In this document: positions 1 to 10,148 of the stretch, in pieces
Position numbering within the stretch: position 1 is the first letter of the stretch
Layout: each line of letters begins with the position of its first letter
Assembly: GCA_017472365.1 (NCBI GenBank)
Contig: JAFUQN010000158.1
Span: forward strand, 1,659 to 65,658
Direction: 5' to 3'
Source: Bacillota bacterium
GTDB lineage: Bacteria; Bacillota; Clostridia; Peptostreptococcales; Anaerovoracaceae
DNA: 64,000 bases
The notes under the pieces: generated by a model
The model's input: the letters and a program-made list of their open reading frames with translations, nothing else
Database searches by the model: none
Told to the model about the DNA's origin: nothing
Made by a program: the position numbers and the translations under genes

Positions 1-930
1 GGTGACAGCGTTGAACTGATCAAGAACGAAAACTACTTCAACAATGACGTAGACGGCGCAAAGAACGAAAAGCTGATCTTCCGTGTAATTCCTGAAGCTA
101 CCACCAGAACAATCATGTTACAGACTGGCGAAGCTGACGTAAACGTAAACTTCGATACTGCTACTATGGCTGACGTTGAAAACGACGAAAGAGTTACCAT
201 TCTGCAGCACGAATCTTCCGACATCTACTATCTGGCTCTGAACTGTGAAGTTGGCCCGTTCACCAACCCTGCTCTGCGTAAGGCTGTGAACTATGCAATC
301 AACAGAGAAGACTGCCTGCAGGTAGGTACCGAAGGTTTAGGTAAGGTACATTACAATGTATGGGGTCCCAGAGTTATCGGTTCTTCCGAAAATCCGGAAG
401 GTTACTCCTACGATCCCGAAAAGGCAAAGAGCATCTTAGAAGAAGCTGGACTGAAGGATGTTGCTGTTAAGGCTTGTGTATACAACGACGAAGGTGAACG
501 TGTAGTTCAGGTCGTACAGAGCTATCTGCAGGCTGTAGGTATTAATATGACCTATCAGAGAATCGATAACACCATCCTGACCGAAGTTGTAGGTAACAAT
601 GAATACGATCTGGTTGTAGACCACACTGCATCTTACAAAGACCCGGAACTGTTCTTCGGACGTTACTTCTCCAAGGACGGTATTGGTGCTAAGAACTATG
701 CTCACTACAACAACGAAGAAGTAAACAAGGTGATCGCAGAAGCATCCTCCACTCTGGATGAAGCGACCCGTCTGGCTGGTTACACCAAGGCGAACGAAAT
801 GATCAATGCAGATGCTCCCTGGGTACCTCTGTATAACAACATCATTTGGGCAGCTTGCCGTACCGGCGTTACCGGTGTAAATCTGAGTGACGAAACCACT
901 TACTACTATCACACCATTTGCTACGAATAG
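1..930 (+). CDS. ABC transporter substrate-binding protein, family 5 (oligopeptide/dipeptide/nickel type), 5' end outside window
   Basis: Frame 1 is open from nt 1 (GDSVELIKNENYFNNDVDG...) and runs into the 115..930 ORF. The C-terminal half looks like SBP_bac_5 proteins. It is followed by two permease and two ATPase genes of Opp/Dpp type. Confidence 0.85.
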   Translation, partial: GDSVELIKNENYFNNDVDGAKNEKLIFRVIPEATTRTIMLQTGEADVNVNFDTATMADVENDERVTILQHESSDIYYLALNCEVGPFTNPALRKAVNYAINREDCLQVGTEGLGKVHYNVWGPRVIGSSENPEGYSYDPEKAKSILEEAGLKDVAVKACVYNDEGERVVQVVQSYLQAVGINMTYQRIDNTILTEVVGNNEYDLVVDHTASYKDPELFFGRYFSKDGIGAKNYAHYNNEEVNKVIAEASSTLDEATRLAGYTKANEMINADAPWVPLYNNIIWAACRTGVTGVNLSDETTYYYHTICYE

Positions 931-942
931 ACACATCATTGA

Positions 943-990
943 TGAGGAGCTCCCCGGGTCATCCGGGGAACTCCCTCATTCTCTTTCTCG
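943..990 (+). terminator. Intercistronic GC-rich stem-loop with T-rich tail between the SBP and permease genes (partial terminator / mRNA stabiliser)
   Basis: tgaggagctccccgg / ccggggaactccctca arms around a 5-nt loop, followed by ttctctttctc. Confidence 0.5.
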
Positions 991-1057
991 ACGAAGAATA
1001 ACCCGTAACAACGCATGACGGAACGTATGGAAACGGGTGTAACTACGAGGTGAATCC

Positions 1058-2002
1058 ATGGTTAAATATTCTTTAAAACGCCTGGTGTATATGATTCCAG
1101 TTACAATTGCCGTTGTGTTCATTGTATATCTTATTATGTACCTGACTCCCGGAGACCCAGTTGCTCTGATGTTAGGTGCTGAAGCAACACCGGAGCTGAT
1201 CCAGGAAACTCGAGAAGCACTGGGAATCACAAAGCCATTCTTAACTCAATTTACGAATTACGTTGTTAATCTGTTCCAGGGAGATTTCGGAGTTTCCTGG
1301 TACACCGGACGAGAAGTTGCTGAGCGACTGTTCGCGTCCATTCCTTACACATTGATCTTAACGTTCTCCGGGATGTTCGTTGCGCTGATCTGCTCCATTC
1401 CCATGGGGGTTATGGCTGCGGTAAAACAGAATACTCCGGTGGACTATATTGTCAGTGTCTTAGCCATCTGCGGCGTATCCGCACCCAGCTTCTGGGTGGG
1501 TATCATGCTGATTCTGCTGTTGGCAGTAGAATTCCAGCTCCTGCCTTCCGCCGGTATTGACGGTTGGACTAGTTACATCATGCCGACGCTGACCATGGGC
1601 TTCAATATGCTGGCCAGCGTGACTCGTACGCAGCGTTCTTCCATGCTGGAAGTACTTCGTGCGGACTATATTCGAACTGCGAAAGCAAAGGGCGTAAGCA
1701 ACTTTAATGCGACATATAAACATGCACTGCGCAATGCAATCATCCCGGCGATCACTGTTGCCGGTATCAACTTTGGTACTCTGATGGCTGGTTCTGTAGC
1801 CATCGAAACCGTATTCGCGATTCCCGGCGTAGGTCGTTTGATGATCGACAGCATCAAGTTACACGATACCCCCACCGTTGTTGGCTGTATGGTATTCGTA
1901 GCTCTGATGGTAAGTATTATTAACCTGGTTGTTGACTTACTGTACGCGTTCATCGATCCGAGAATCAAGGCGCAGTACATTCGGGAAGGAGGCTCCAAAT
2001 GA
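1058..2002 (+). CDS. Peptide ABC transporter permease (DppB/OppB-like)
   Basis: 314 aa, N-terminus MVKYSLKRLVYMIPVTIAVVFIVYLIMYLTPGDP is typical of OppB/DppB. GAGGTGA RBS upstream. ATGA overlap with the next permease gene. Confidence 0.9.
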   Translation: MVKYSLKRLVYMIPVTIAVVFIVYLIMYLTPGDPVALMLGAEATPELIQETREALGITKPFLTQFTNYVVNLFQGDFGVSWYTGREVAERLFASIPYTLILTFSGMFVALICSIPMGVMAAVKQNTPVDYIVSVLAICGVSAPSFWVGIMLILLLAVEFQLLPSAGIDGWTSYIMPTLTMGFNMLASVTRTQRSSMLEVLRADYIRTAKAKGVSNFNATYKHALRNAIIPAITVAGINFGTLMAGSVAIETVFAIPGVGRLMIDSIKLHDTPTVVGCMVFVALMVSIINLVVDLLYAFIDPRIKAQYIREGGSK

Positions 2003-2889
2003 GTAAGGCGAATTATCAAGACGTCCAGAAAAAGTACAAAAAGAAGAGCCGCCTTTCTGAAATCTGGAGACAGTTCCGTAAGAACAAAGCAGCTGTGTTT
2101 GGGTTGGTCGTTTTACTGATCATCATTCTGGCGGCTTGCAGCGCAGATCTGTTCTGGGATTACCAGAAAGATGCCTGCGACCTTAACATTCCTGAGCGTC
2201 TTCAGAAACCGTCCGCTGAACATATTCTTGGTACGGACGAAATGGGCCGTGACATCCTCTGCCGTCTGGTTTACGGTGCGCGTGTTTCCCTTCGTGTCGG
2301 CATCTGTGCGGCGACATTCGCTCTGTTGGTGGGCGGTACACTGGGATGCATCGGCGGTTACTACGGAGGGAAAGTCGATAACCTGATCATGCGTGTGACC
2401 GACGTTTTATTATCGATTCCCGGCCTGCTGCTGGCGATTGCAATTATGAGTGCATTTAAAACAACGGAATTCTTCCTGGCTCTGGCCCTGGGAATCTCCT
2501 ATATATCGAAATTTACCCGTATCGTTCGTTCTTCCATTCTGAGCGTTCGCGATGAAGAATACATCGTGGCTGCCAGAGCCATTGGCGCGAAGGACAGTAC
2601 GATCATTCTCCGTCATATCCTGCTGAATTGTATGGCTCCGATCCTGGTACAGTACGCACTGGCTATCGGTACCAGAATCCTCAGTGTGTCCACTCTGAGC
2701 TACATTGGAATGGGTATTCAGGCTCCCACACCTGACTGGGGGAACATGCTTTCTGGCGCACGTACCTATATCCGTGGAAACAGCTATTTGGTTATGGGCC
2801 CCGGTATGGCACTTCTGCTGACCATCTGTTCGTTCAACCTGATCGGAGACGGTCTCCGAGATGCGTTAGACCCGAAGCTGAAGAAGTAA
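1999..2889 (+). CDS. Peptide ABC transporter permease (DppC/OppC-like)
   Basis: 296 aa with the [22 protein letters not shown] motif typical of OppC/DppC. Start overlaps the stop of the previous gene. Confidence 0.9.
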   Translation: MSKANYQDVQKKYKKKSRLSEIWRQFRKNKAAVFGLVVLLIIILAACSADLFWDYQKDACDLNIPERLQKPSAEHILGTDEMGRDILCRLVYGARVSLRVGICAATFALLVGGTLGCIGGYYGGKVDNLIMRVTDVLLSIPGLLLAIAIMSAFKTTEFFLALALGISYISKFTRIVRSSILSVRDEEYIVAARAIGAKDSTIILRHILLNCMAPILVQYALAIGTRILSVSTLSYIGMGIQAPTPDWGNMLSGARTYIRGNSYLVMGPGMALLLTICSFNLIGDGLRDALDPKLKK

Positions 2890-2899
2890 GGAGGGACAT

Positions 2900-3922
2900 A
2901 TGCAAGAGAAAGATTATATGCTCAAAATTGAAGATCTGTCGGTCCAGTATATCACGGAAGATGAAATCGTATATGCTGTCAACGGAATCAATCTTAACAT
3001 TGAAAAAGGCAAGACCCATGGCCTGGTTGGAGAAACCGGGGCAGGGAAGACCACAACTGCATTGTCGATCCTGAACCTGGTACCGGATCCGCCCGGGAAG
3101 ATCATTACCGGAAGTATTTCTCTGGATGGAGAAGACATTATCTCTGTGGATGATCAGGGGAACAGCTATCCGGCGATGTCGGAACGCCAGATGGAACATA
3201 TCCGCGGAAACAAGGTGGCTATGATTTTCCAGGATCCCATGACCGCTCTGAATCCGGTATTTACTGTAGGTGATCAGATTGCTGAAGCGATCCAGCTTCA
3301 TGAACATGTGGACAAGAAGAAAGCGATGGAAAAGGCCAGAGAAGTTCTGGAAATCGTAGGGATCCCCGGATCTCGTGCTGACGATTATCCTCATCAATTC
3401 TCCGGCGGTATGAAGCAGCGTGTTGTTATTTCCATGGCACTGGCTTGTAATCCCGGCCTTCTGATCGCAGACGAACCGACGACAGCACTGGATGTAACGA
3501 TCCAGGCACAGGTTCTGGACCTGATGAAGGATCTGCGTAAAAAGTATGATATGGCTCTGCTGATGATCACTCATGACCTGGGGATCATTGCGGAAATGTG
3601 TGACGAAGTATCGATCATGTATGCCGGACGAATCGTGGAACACGGAAATCTGGAAGATATTTTTGATCATACTCGCCATCCCTATACTCAGGGGCTGTTC
3701 AATTCCCTGCCCAATATCCAGGACAGAAAGAGTAAACTGAAGCCTATCCGAGGGCTGATGCCCGACCCGTCCAATCTTCCGCTCGGCTGTTCTTTCTGTC
3801 CGCGCTGTGATTACGCCACAGAAAAGTGTAAGACAGAACCGCCTCAGAAGATCTGGCTGTCGGATACACATTATGTAGAATGTCATTTATACGATGATGG
3901 AAGCACAGAAAGTAAACTGTAA
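2900..3922 (+). CDS. Peptide ABC transporter ATP-binding protein (OppD/DppD-like)
   Basis: Walker [10 protein letters not shown], signature FSGGMKQR, Walker [14 protein letters not shown]-terminal oligopeptide-type Cys motif. AGGAGG RBS. Confidence 0.92.
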   Translation: MQEKDYMLKIEDLSVQYITEDEIVYAVNGINLNIEKGKTHGLVGETGAGKTTTALSILNLVPDPPGKIITGSISLDGEDIISVDDQGNSYPAMSERQMEHIRGNKVAMIFQDPMTALNPVFTVGDQIAEAIQLHEHVDKKKAMEKAREVLEIVGIPGSRADDYPHQFSGGMKQRVVISMALACNPGLLIADEPTTALDVTIQAQVLDLMKDLRKKYDMALLMITHDLGIIAEMCDEVSIMYAGRIVEHGNLEDIFDHTRHPYTQGLFNSLPNIQDRKSKLKPIRGLMPDPSNLPLGCSFCPRCDYATEKCKTEPPQKIWLSDTHYVECHLYDDGSTESKL

Positions 3923-3935
3923 AGGAGGATGTCCT

Positions 3936-4907
3936 ATGAGTATGAATATGGAAGACAACCGTGACGTCCTTCTGGAGGTCAAAAATCTCAAGAAATATTT
4001 CAAAGTTCCCAATGGTTACCTTCATGCGGTGGACGATGTGTCGTTCACACTGGAACGCGGAAAGACTTTGGGGATCGTAGGGGAGTCCGGTTGCGGAAAA
4101 TCCACCACCGGTCGTGCGATTCTGCGTCTGATCGAGCCGACAGCAGGGGAAGTCATCTTCGAAGGAAGAGATATCACCACGTTGAATAAGAGTCAGATGC
4201 GTGATATGCGTAAAGATATGCAGATCATTTTCCAGGACCCGTTTTCTTCTCTGGACCCGCGTCAGACTGTCAGCCAGGCCATTGAAGAACCGCTGAAGAT
4301 CAACGGAATCATTAAAGATAAGAATGAACGGCTGGAACGAGTGATGGAGCTGATGAAGACCGTAGGTCTGGCGGAACGACTGGTCAACACGTATCCCCAT
4401 GAACTGGACGGTGGACGCCGTCAGAGAATTGGGATCGCCCGTGCGCTGGCAATGAATCCGAAGTTCATCGTGTGTGACGAACCGGTTTCTGCTCTGGACG
4501 TATCCATTCAGGCACAGATCCTGAACCTGATGAAAGAAATCCAGGAAGATCTTGGACTGACCTATATGTTCATCACCCACGACCTGTCGGTCATCAATCA
4601 CTTCGCGGATGATATCGGTGTTATGTATCTGGGTCGAATGATCGAAAAAGCTCCCACGGAGACTTTGTTCGAAAATCCGATGCATCCCTATACCAACGCG
4701 CTGTTGTCAGCAATTCCTGTACCCAGTATCCACAACAGAAAAGAACGTATTCTGTTAAAGGGAGAAGTTGGTTCCCCGGTGAATCCGAAGCCGATGTGTC
4801 GTTTCGCAACACGTTGTCCCTACGCTACAGAACAGTGCTTCCAGGAAGAACCGGAACTGATCGAAGTGGAAAAAGATCACTTTGTTGCATGCCACATGTG
4901 CAAGTAA
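3936..4907 (+). CDS. Peptide ABC transporter ATP-binding protein (OppF/DppF-like)
   Basis: Walker [10 protein letters not shown], Walker [13 protein letters not shown]. Start moved from 3894 to the ATG at 3936, which follows AAAGGAGGA at 3921-3929. Confidence 0.9.
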   Translation: MSMNMEDNRDVLLEVKNLKKYFKVPNGYLHAVDDVSFTLERGKTLGIVGESGCGKSTTGRAILRLIEPTAGEVIFEGRDITTLNKSQMRDMRKDMQIIFQDPFSSLDPRQTVSQAIEEPLKINGIIKDKNERLERVMELMKTVGLAERLVNTYPHELDGGRRQRIGIARALAMNPKFIVCDEPVSALDVSIQAQILNLMKEIQEDLGLTYMFITHDLSVINHFADDIGVMYLGRMIEKAPTETLFENPMHPYTNALLSAIPVPSIHNRKERILLKGEVGSPVNPKPMCRFATRCPYATEQCFQEEPELIEVEKDHFVACHMCK

Positions 4908-4930
4908 ACACTCTTTCTCGCATCTTCATT

Positions 4931-4968
4931 GAAGAGTCTCTCGCGTCTGATCACGTGAGAGATTCTTC
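4931..4968 (+). terminator. 15-bp stem-loop after the last peptide-ABC gene (terminator-like, weak U tract)
   Basis: gaagagtctctcgcg pairs with cgtgagagattcttc (two G-U pairs), 8-nt loop. Only a poor T run follows. Confidence 0.4.
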
Positions 4969-4995
4969 GCGTCTTGATAAAAGGAGAACCTGGTT

Positions 4996-5583
4996 ATGAA
5001 AATCATTTGTATGGGAGACAGTATCACATTCGGCCTGGGGTTGGAAGCTGATTTGAGCCGCCGCTGGACAGCTTTGGCCGAAGAGAAAACGGGAGTACAG
5101 ATGATCAACCGTGGAATCAGTGGAGATACCACGGGAGGGATGCTGGCTAGATGCCATACGGAAGTTTTTCCGGAACAACCGGACTATTTACTGATTCTGG
5201 GTGGGATCAACGATATTTGTCTGGCAGGTCAGTATCGGATCCCTTGTATGAATATTGCAGCCATGGTGAAACAAGCAAATGCAAAAGGAATACCGGTGAT
5301 TATGGGATTACCGTTGCCTATTGCTCCGGAGGATATGCATCGCATGGCCTGGGATGTGGAACGGGATAATGTACGAAATGCGAGAGAATGTGAAAAACTG
5401 AGTTGGTGGCTGACAAATTACTGCGAAGAACGGGATATTCCTATCGTAGATTTTCGAAGCATCTTTTTAAGGAAAGATGGAACCGTGCGGCGAGATTTAT
5501 TTCAGGACGGTGTTCATCCCATTGCAATGGGACATCGACTCATGGCAGAACAAGTTTGTAAGGTGTTAGAACCTCTTTTGTAA
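4996..5583 (+). CDS. SGNH/GDSL-family hydrolase (lipase/esterase-like)
   Basis: MKIICMGDSITFGLG block I, GGINDI block III, DGVHP block V. AAGGAGA RBS. Confidence 0.85.
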   Translation: MKIICMGDSITFGLGLEADLSRRWTALAEEKTGVQMINRGISGDTTGGMLARCHTEVFPEQPDYLLILGGINDICLAGQYRIPCMNIAAMVKQANAKGIPVIMGLPLPIAPEDMHRMAWDVERDNVRNARECEKLSWWLTNYCEERDIPIVDFRSIFLRKDGTVRRDLFQDGVHPIAMGHRLMAEQVCKVLEPLL

Positions 5584-5595
5584 ATAGCGAATAAA

Positions 5596-5636
5596 AAAGG
5601 AACTGCAAATACGCAGTTCCTTTCGCTTTTTTGAAT
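5596..5636. terminator. Bidirectional rho-independent terminator (SGNH hydrolase gene / coaBC)
   Basis: aaaggaactgc-aaatac-gcagttccttt flanked by an A run and a T run, between convergent genes. Confidence 0.8.
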
Positions 5637-5638
5637 CA

Positions 5639-6835
5639 CTATTCGCCTCTCATGGCCTTCAGCTTGTCTAAAATGGCGTGAGCCACTTCTGCTTTGGACA
5701 TGATGGGAAGTTCTTCCACGTTGTCTCTGGTGATCAAAGTTACGATGTTGGTATCGGTACCAAAGCCGGCACCGCTGACCTTAAGATTGTTGGCAACGAT
5801 CATGTCAGCGTTCTTCTTTTCCAGCTTTACACGGGAGTTTTCCAACATATCTCTGGTCTCCATGGAGAAACCGCAGAGCTGCTGACCGGGCTTTTTGTGT
5901 TCACCCAGATATTTCAGGATGTCCTGAGTTCTGACCAGAGGAATGGACATGTCGCCGTCCTTCTTCTTAGTCTTATCTTCGTTGACGGTGGCCGGAGTGT
6001 AGTCCGCCACAGCGGCAGCCTTGATCACCAAGTCACATTCCGGAGCACGGGACGTGACAGCTTCGAACATATCCTGTGCGCTCTTGATCTTCACCACGTC
6101 CACGAAGGGCGGGGGAGTCAGAGACGTCTGGCCGCTGACCAGGGTGACCTTGGCACCGCGGAGCATGGCAGCCTTCGCCAGTTCGTAGCCCATCTTTCCA
6201 GTGGAATGATTGGTGATATATCGAACGGGGTCCATGCTTTCCTGGGTAGGGCCGGCGGTGACCAGAACGTTCATACCGGTCATATCCTTAGCGCATGCGA
6301 TCTCTTTTTCGATGGCAGCGATTAAAAGGCTTTCTTCCGGCATCTTTCCTTCGCCCACGTCTCCGCAGGCCAGAAGGCCGGTTGCCGGCTGTACAATGTG
6401 ATAACCGAAACGGCGAAGCTTGTCCATATTGTCCTGAACAATGGGGTTACGGAACATGTTGGTGTTCATGGCGGGAGCCAGGATCACCGGACAGGTACAG
6501 GCCATGACCGTGGTGGTCAGCATGTCGTCGGCAATGCCGTTCGCCATCTTACCGATGACGTTGGCACTGGCCGGGGCAATCAGCACACCGTCCGCCTTCT
6601 TCGCAAGTGCGATGTGTTCCACATTGTACTGGAAGTTACGATCGAATGTGTCGATGAGACACTTGTGTTCCGTCAGCGTTTCGAAGGTGATGGGATTGAT
6701 GAAGTTGGTAGCGTTCTGCGTCATGATCACGTGGACATCACAGCCACGTTTTTTTAAGAGACTGGTCAGGTTCGCAGCCTTATAGGCGGCGATGCTGCCG
6801 GTGACGCCCAGCAGGATGGTTTTTCCTCTCAGCAT
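5639..6835 (-). CDS. coaBC: Bifunctional phosphopantothenoylcysteine decarboxylase / phosphopantothenate-cysteine ligase
   Basis: 398 aa. N-terminal flavoprotein domain (GVTGSIAAYKAANL, PAMNTNM) and C-terminal DFP/CoaB domain (ITNHSTGKMG). AAGAGGA RBS. Confidence 0.93.
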   Translation of the reverse strand: MLRGKTILLGVTGSIAAYKAANLTSLLKKRGCDVHVIMTQNATNFINPITFETLTEHKCLIDTFDRNFQYNVEHIALAKKADGVLIAPASANVIGKMANGIADDMLTTTVMACTCPVILAPAMNTNMFRNPIVQDNMDKLRRFGYHIVQPATGLLACGDVGEGKMPEESLLIAAIEKEIACAKDMTGMNVLVTAGPTQESMDPVRYITNHSTGKMGYELAKAAMLRGAKVTLVSGQTSLTPPPFVDVVKIKSAQDMFEAVTSRAPECDLVIKAAAVADYTPATVNEDKTKKKDGDMSIPLVRTQDILKYLGEHKKPGQQLCGFSMETRDMLENSRVKLEKKNADMIVANNLKVSGAGFGTDTNIVTLITRDNVEELPIMSKAEVAHAILDKLKAMRGE

Positions 6836-6853
6836 ATCCGTCCTCTTTCGTTA

Positions 6854-7366
6854 CTATTTTACAGCAGGGCCATAGAGTTTCAAAACAGCCTTCAGTTCAT
6901 CTGTGGTCTGCTTACCCAGCTGAGCCTTCGGAATGATGAAGCACTGATTATGAGTAACGTAGATGAAAATGTAGTCTTTTGTTTCATCTACTTCATGAAT
7001 GTATTCCCAGGGCAGGTGAATATCTTCTGCAGTTTCTGCGTCACGTTCTAAAATACCGGATTCGTCCACTTCGAATTCCATGACACGGCCAACCAGACCG
7101 GAAGCAGCCTTAGTGGTGATCTTTAACTGCTTTCTTGTGGTCAGAATGAAGATGAGGATCAGTACCAGCCAAATCATGGACATGATGTAAAGAAAACGGG
7201 GAATGGGGAAAATATGCAGATAGCTTCCCAGAAGAGATACCACAGAAACAGTGGAGACAACCCCCAGAATAATAGGCAGGGCCTTTCTTTTCTGGAACAT
7301 GTTGTACTTCAACAGTGCGGAGAAATCCTGTTCTGCAGATACGATTTTAAAAGATACTTTTTCCAT
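6854..7366 (-). CDS. YcxB-like membrane protein (two TM helices plus C-terminal domain), function unknown
   Basis: ORF 6854..7393. I prefer the ATG at 7366 (MEKVSFKIV...), which is preceded by an AAGGA RBS, because the 7393 start is GTG without an RBS. There is a hydrophobic hairpin in the middle of the protein. Confidence 0.6.
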   Translation of the reverse strand: MEKVSFKIVSAEQDFSALLKYNMFQKRKALPIILGVVSTVSVVSLLGSYLHIFPIPRFLYIMSMIWLVLILIFILTTRKQLKITTKAASGLVGRVMEFEVDESGILERDAETAEDIHLPWEYIHEVDETKDYIFIYVTHNQCFIIPKAQLGKQTTDELKAVLKLYGPAVK

Positions 7367-7484
7367 GAGTAATATTCCTTTCACCGAAGTCACAGGCGAA
7401 AACGACTGTGTTCGATATGCGTATTATGATAACTACACAAGTATAGCATAGCGCTTCGGCAAAATCAATGAAGGACGTGTGAAA

Positions 7485-9191
7485 TTACTGGGATTTCAGT
7501 GTGTTTAACCGATGGTTCAACCGCAGGGAAGCTACGGTCAGGTGCGCCTTTTCCCGAGGGAGGAGGTGTTCCGGTTCGACCAGAGAGATCCAGCGTTCCA
7601 CTTCTTTTACCACCCGGCTTTCACGGCTTCCATGGGTGGAAGAACGCGATTCTTCATAGTAGTCCAGGACTTCCATGGCGGCGTTGTCGGAAAGGTGGAT
7701 CAGACCGTACAGATCGAGCTCTTCCAGGGACATCTGAGAAGCGATATACCGTTCCAGATTATCGCGGACGATCAGTGCATCCACATTGAGAGAACTCAAT
7801 GTCAGAAACATGATCACGGTAAGCGCGGTCATCGTTTTCGCGGGAGCGAAGCGGTTGCCGCCAACAACACGATCGCCTTTGGAGGAAAGGGCGCGACGGA
7901 GATGGGTAATGCTCAGAATGGCGAAGATCAAAAGAAGCCAGAGCATAAACCAGGATGTGTAGACTCTCAGTCGGGTCAGTCCGTAAGTATCGATATATAA
8001 TCCCATCTTGACCAGGGCCGTGATTACCAAAAGAATGGTCTGGAAAGACAGGAAAGCCAAAAAGATGCGAAGTGCAGGCGGTACGGACTCTGTTTCACTT
8101 TCCTGTTTCCGGGAACTGACCAGCCATGTTCCGGTCATGACCATCAGATTGATGAATGAAACGGCACAGAGTTCGAAAAATCCCTGACGGGCAAAGGCAG
8201 AGTACGTGGTTGTTCCGGGAAGTCCGCCTGTGAGAGCAGAAATCAGGTGACTGGCCTGAAGGGCCAGAAACAAGAGATAGATCCCGGAAAAAGCGGTCAG
8301 AGCTGTATAGATCATGATTCTGGGAACGAAACGGGACGAGGCGAGAATCACGTCCACGCGGTCTTTCGTCTTCCAGCCCTTTGCATGGTCAGGACGAGTG
8401 TGGGCCCAGAGAAGGCCGAACAGGTAACAGGCCACGGGGACTGCCAGAAGAATATCTCCGACGGTTTCTATGATTTGAACACTGAATATATCGTCGAAGA
8501 GACCGAAGAAGTGGTCGATCAGAACGGCGATCATGTGCATGAATTCCTCGTCTGCTGCGGCCAGCAGGTTTAGTACGATCAGAAACAGCGGACAAAGAAT
8601 CACCAAAGTAAGGGTGATCATGAGTAAGTTCCGGATCAAAAGACGGTGTGTACCATGGGATTTGGACAAGTTTACAGGGCTGTCAGTATCGGGCGTGGTA
8701 TCTCTGTCGGCAGCAACCGCTTCGCGGTATGATTTTGTACGGAACACAGCTCCGAAGAAACGGCCGAAGTTGGAGAAGGGTATGGAGAGAAAACTGATGA
8801 GCAGCTCCAGTGGAAGGTAGGCGGACAGAACGGGAAGGATCCGTGTTCCGCTCAGAGTCATGGCCCAGTAAAGAAAGGCAGTTGTCAGGAATAGGAATGT
8901 AAACCAACTGAGGTTGGATGCATCGAACCAGGTACAGGACAAAGCAGATAAGGCGATGGTGAAAAGCCACGGACGGGCTGCTTTCCTGCGGTCTTCAGGA
9001 ATGGGCGTCGTCATGTTCAGACGCAAGTAAAAGAAACCGCAGAACAGAATCGTAAAAAGTGAGACACCGACGCCGCTGCCGGTCCAAAGAAGATCCCAGC
9101 GGATATACAAATATGAAAGTAGAAAAATAAACCAATTATCATAATTTTTTACAAATAAAGGTGCAGAAAACCGCAGTGTTGTTTTGTTCAT
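7485..9191 (-). CDS. Large polytopic membrane protein (DUF4153/DUF4173-like), function unknown
   Basis: 568 aa with many hydrophobic segments and a soluble C-terminal tail. GGGAGGT RBS. Lies 25 nt downstream of the HTH gene on the same strand. Confidence 0.7.
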   Translation of the reverse strand: MNKTTLRFSAPLFVKNYDNWFIFLLSYLYIRWDLLWTGSGVGVSLFTILFCGFFYLRLNMTTPIPEDRRKAARPWLFTIALSALSCTWFDASNLSWFTFLFLTTAFLYWAMTLSGTRILPVLSAYLPLELLISFLSIPFSNFGRFFGAVFRTKSYREAVAADRDTTPDTDSPVNLSKSHGTHRLLIRNLLMITLTLVILCPLFLIVLNLLAAADEEFMHMIAVLIDHFFGLFDDIFSVQIIETVGDILLAVPVACYLFGLLWAHTRPDHAKGWKTKDRVDVILASSRFVPRIMIYTALTAFSGIYLLFLALQASHLISALTGGLPGTTTYSAFARQGFFELCAVSFINLMVMTGTWLVSSRKQESETESVPPALRIFLAFLSFQTILLVITALVKMGLYIDTYGLTRLRVYTSWFMLWLLLIFAILSITHLRRALSSKGDRVVGGNRFAPAKTMTALTVIMFLTLSSLNVDALIVRDNLERYIASQMSLEELDLYGLIHLSDNAAMEVLDYYEESRSSTHGSRESRVVKEVERWISLVEPEHLLPREKAHLTVASLRLNHRLNTLKSQ

Positions 9192-9216
9192 AAGTTACCT
9201 CCCTGATAGCGTATCT

Positions 9217-9429
9217 CTAATCTTCATCCGCCACATACTCCAGAATATCTCCCGGCTGGCATTCCAGCACTTTGCACAGGGCTTCCAGGGTAGAGAAGCG
9301 GATGGCTTTTGCTTTGTTGTTTTTTAGTATGGACAGATTGGCCGGTGTGATGTCGATCAGTTCCGCCAGCTGACCGGCGCTGATTTTCTTTCTGGCCATG
9401 ACCACGTCCAAATTTACGATGATCGCCAT
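9217..9429 (-). CDS. Small XRE/Cro-C1-type HTH transcriptional regulator (YozG-like)
   Basis: 70 aa, MAIIVNLDVVMARKKISAGQLAELIDITPANLSILKNNKAKAIRFSTLEALCKVLECQPGDILEY is the typical YozG-family sequence. GAAGGAGG RBS. Confidence 0.88.
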   Translation of the reverse strand: MAIIVNLDVVMARKKISAGQLAELIDITPANLSILKNNKAKAIRFSTLEALCKVLECQPGDILEYVADED

Positions 9430-9442
9430 AACGCCCTCCTTC

Positions 9443-9892
9443 TTAAATGGTCAGTTCGTTTTCCGCTTTGATGATGACAGCCTGCTGGATCACGTTTTTT
9501 ACTACGCGGAGAATCAGTCCCATGAAAGCTGCTGCAATGCTGATGAGACCGAAGACCAAATAAAAACGTGCGGAAACCAGCGTGATGAAAGCTGCCAGAA
9601 AACAGCACCAGGAGATGCGGCGGAGAAGGCCCACATTTTCATCAGTGAATACATCCTCGATCCGGATGTTGGTCAGAAGCTTGTGAAGCCAGATCAGAGC
9701 GCCCATGGCCGGAACACAGCAGGCCAGAAGTGCGATGAGAATCGGCTCTGCAAGCCATTCGGGTTTTCCCGATACGTCGATATACCAGTTGACGATGCGC
9801 GGCGAGAAAACAGCGCAGGTGATTCCCATGATCATGGCCAGTCTGGTACACCAGATGGACAGTGTCAGTGATCGGTCAGAATTCCATTTCAT
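9443..9892 (-). CDS. DUF2975-like four-TM membrane protein
   Basis: 149 aa with four hydrophobic segments. It sits immediately upstream of the YozG-like HTH gene (13-nt gap), the usual DUF2975/YozG pairing. Confidence 0.75.
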   Translation of the reverse strand: MKWNSDRSLTLSIWCTRLAMIMGITCAVFSPRIVNWYIDVSGKPEWLAEPILIALLACCVPAMGALIWLHKLLTNIRIEDVFTDENVGLLRRISWCCFLAAFITLVSARFYLVFGLISIAAAFMGLILRVVKNVIQQAVIIKAENELTI

Positions 9893-9934
9893 AGTGATAT
9901 CCTTTCAATTGAAGCAGTTCCCTTTTGTAATTTC

Positions 9935-9963
9935 AATATAAGGGCTATTGTATTGTTTGTCAA
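9935..9963 (-). promoter_or_regulatory. Sigma-70-type promoter of the DUF2975 / HTH / membrane-protein operon
   Basis: The minus strand reads TTGACA (9963-9958), a 17-nt spacer, then TATATT (9940-9935), about 45 nt upstream of the 9892 start. Confidence 0.55.
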
Positions 9964-9964
9964 C

Positions 9965-9993
9965 ATAAATTTATCGAAAAACGATAAATTTAT
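9965..9993. promoter_or_regulatory. Perfect 12-bp inverted repeat (candidate operator) abutting the -35 of the minus-strand operon
   Basis: ataaatttatcg-aaaaa-cgataaatttat; both arms are exact reverse complements. Confidence 0.6.
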
Positions 9994-10148
9994 ATCGAAA
10001 ATCGAAAAGCAACTTGCGAAATATAAGACTAGAAAAATCAGTTCGCTTTCTTTTTTGGATATGGTATAATATGTATGATTGTAATAGCATCTAATCTCAC
10101 ATCCGGGTTGCCCGGAGATTTATAATAGAGAAAGGGAGAGACAAGAAG

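Noticed and set aside
2834-3886. 350-aa ORF on the minus strand
   Set aside because: It lies entirely antisense to the well-supported OppD-like ATPase gene. It has no RBS and its sequence is low-complexity and Ser/Arg/His-rich, typical of a shadow ORF. The same applies to 3744..4685, 436..939 and 1666..2019.
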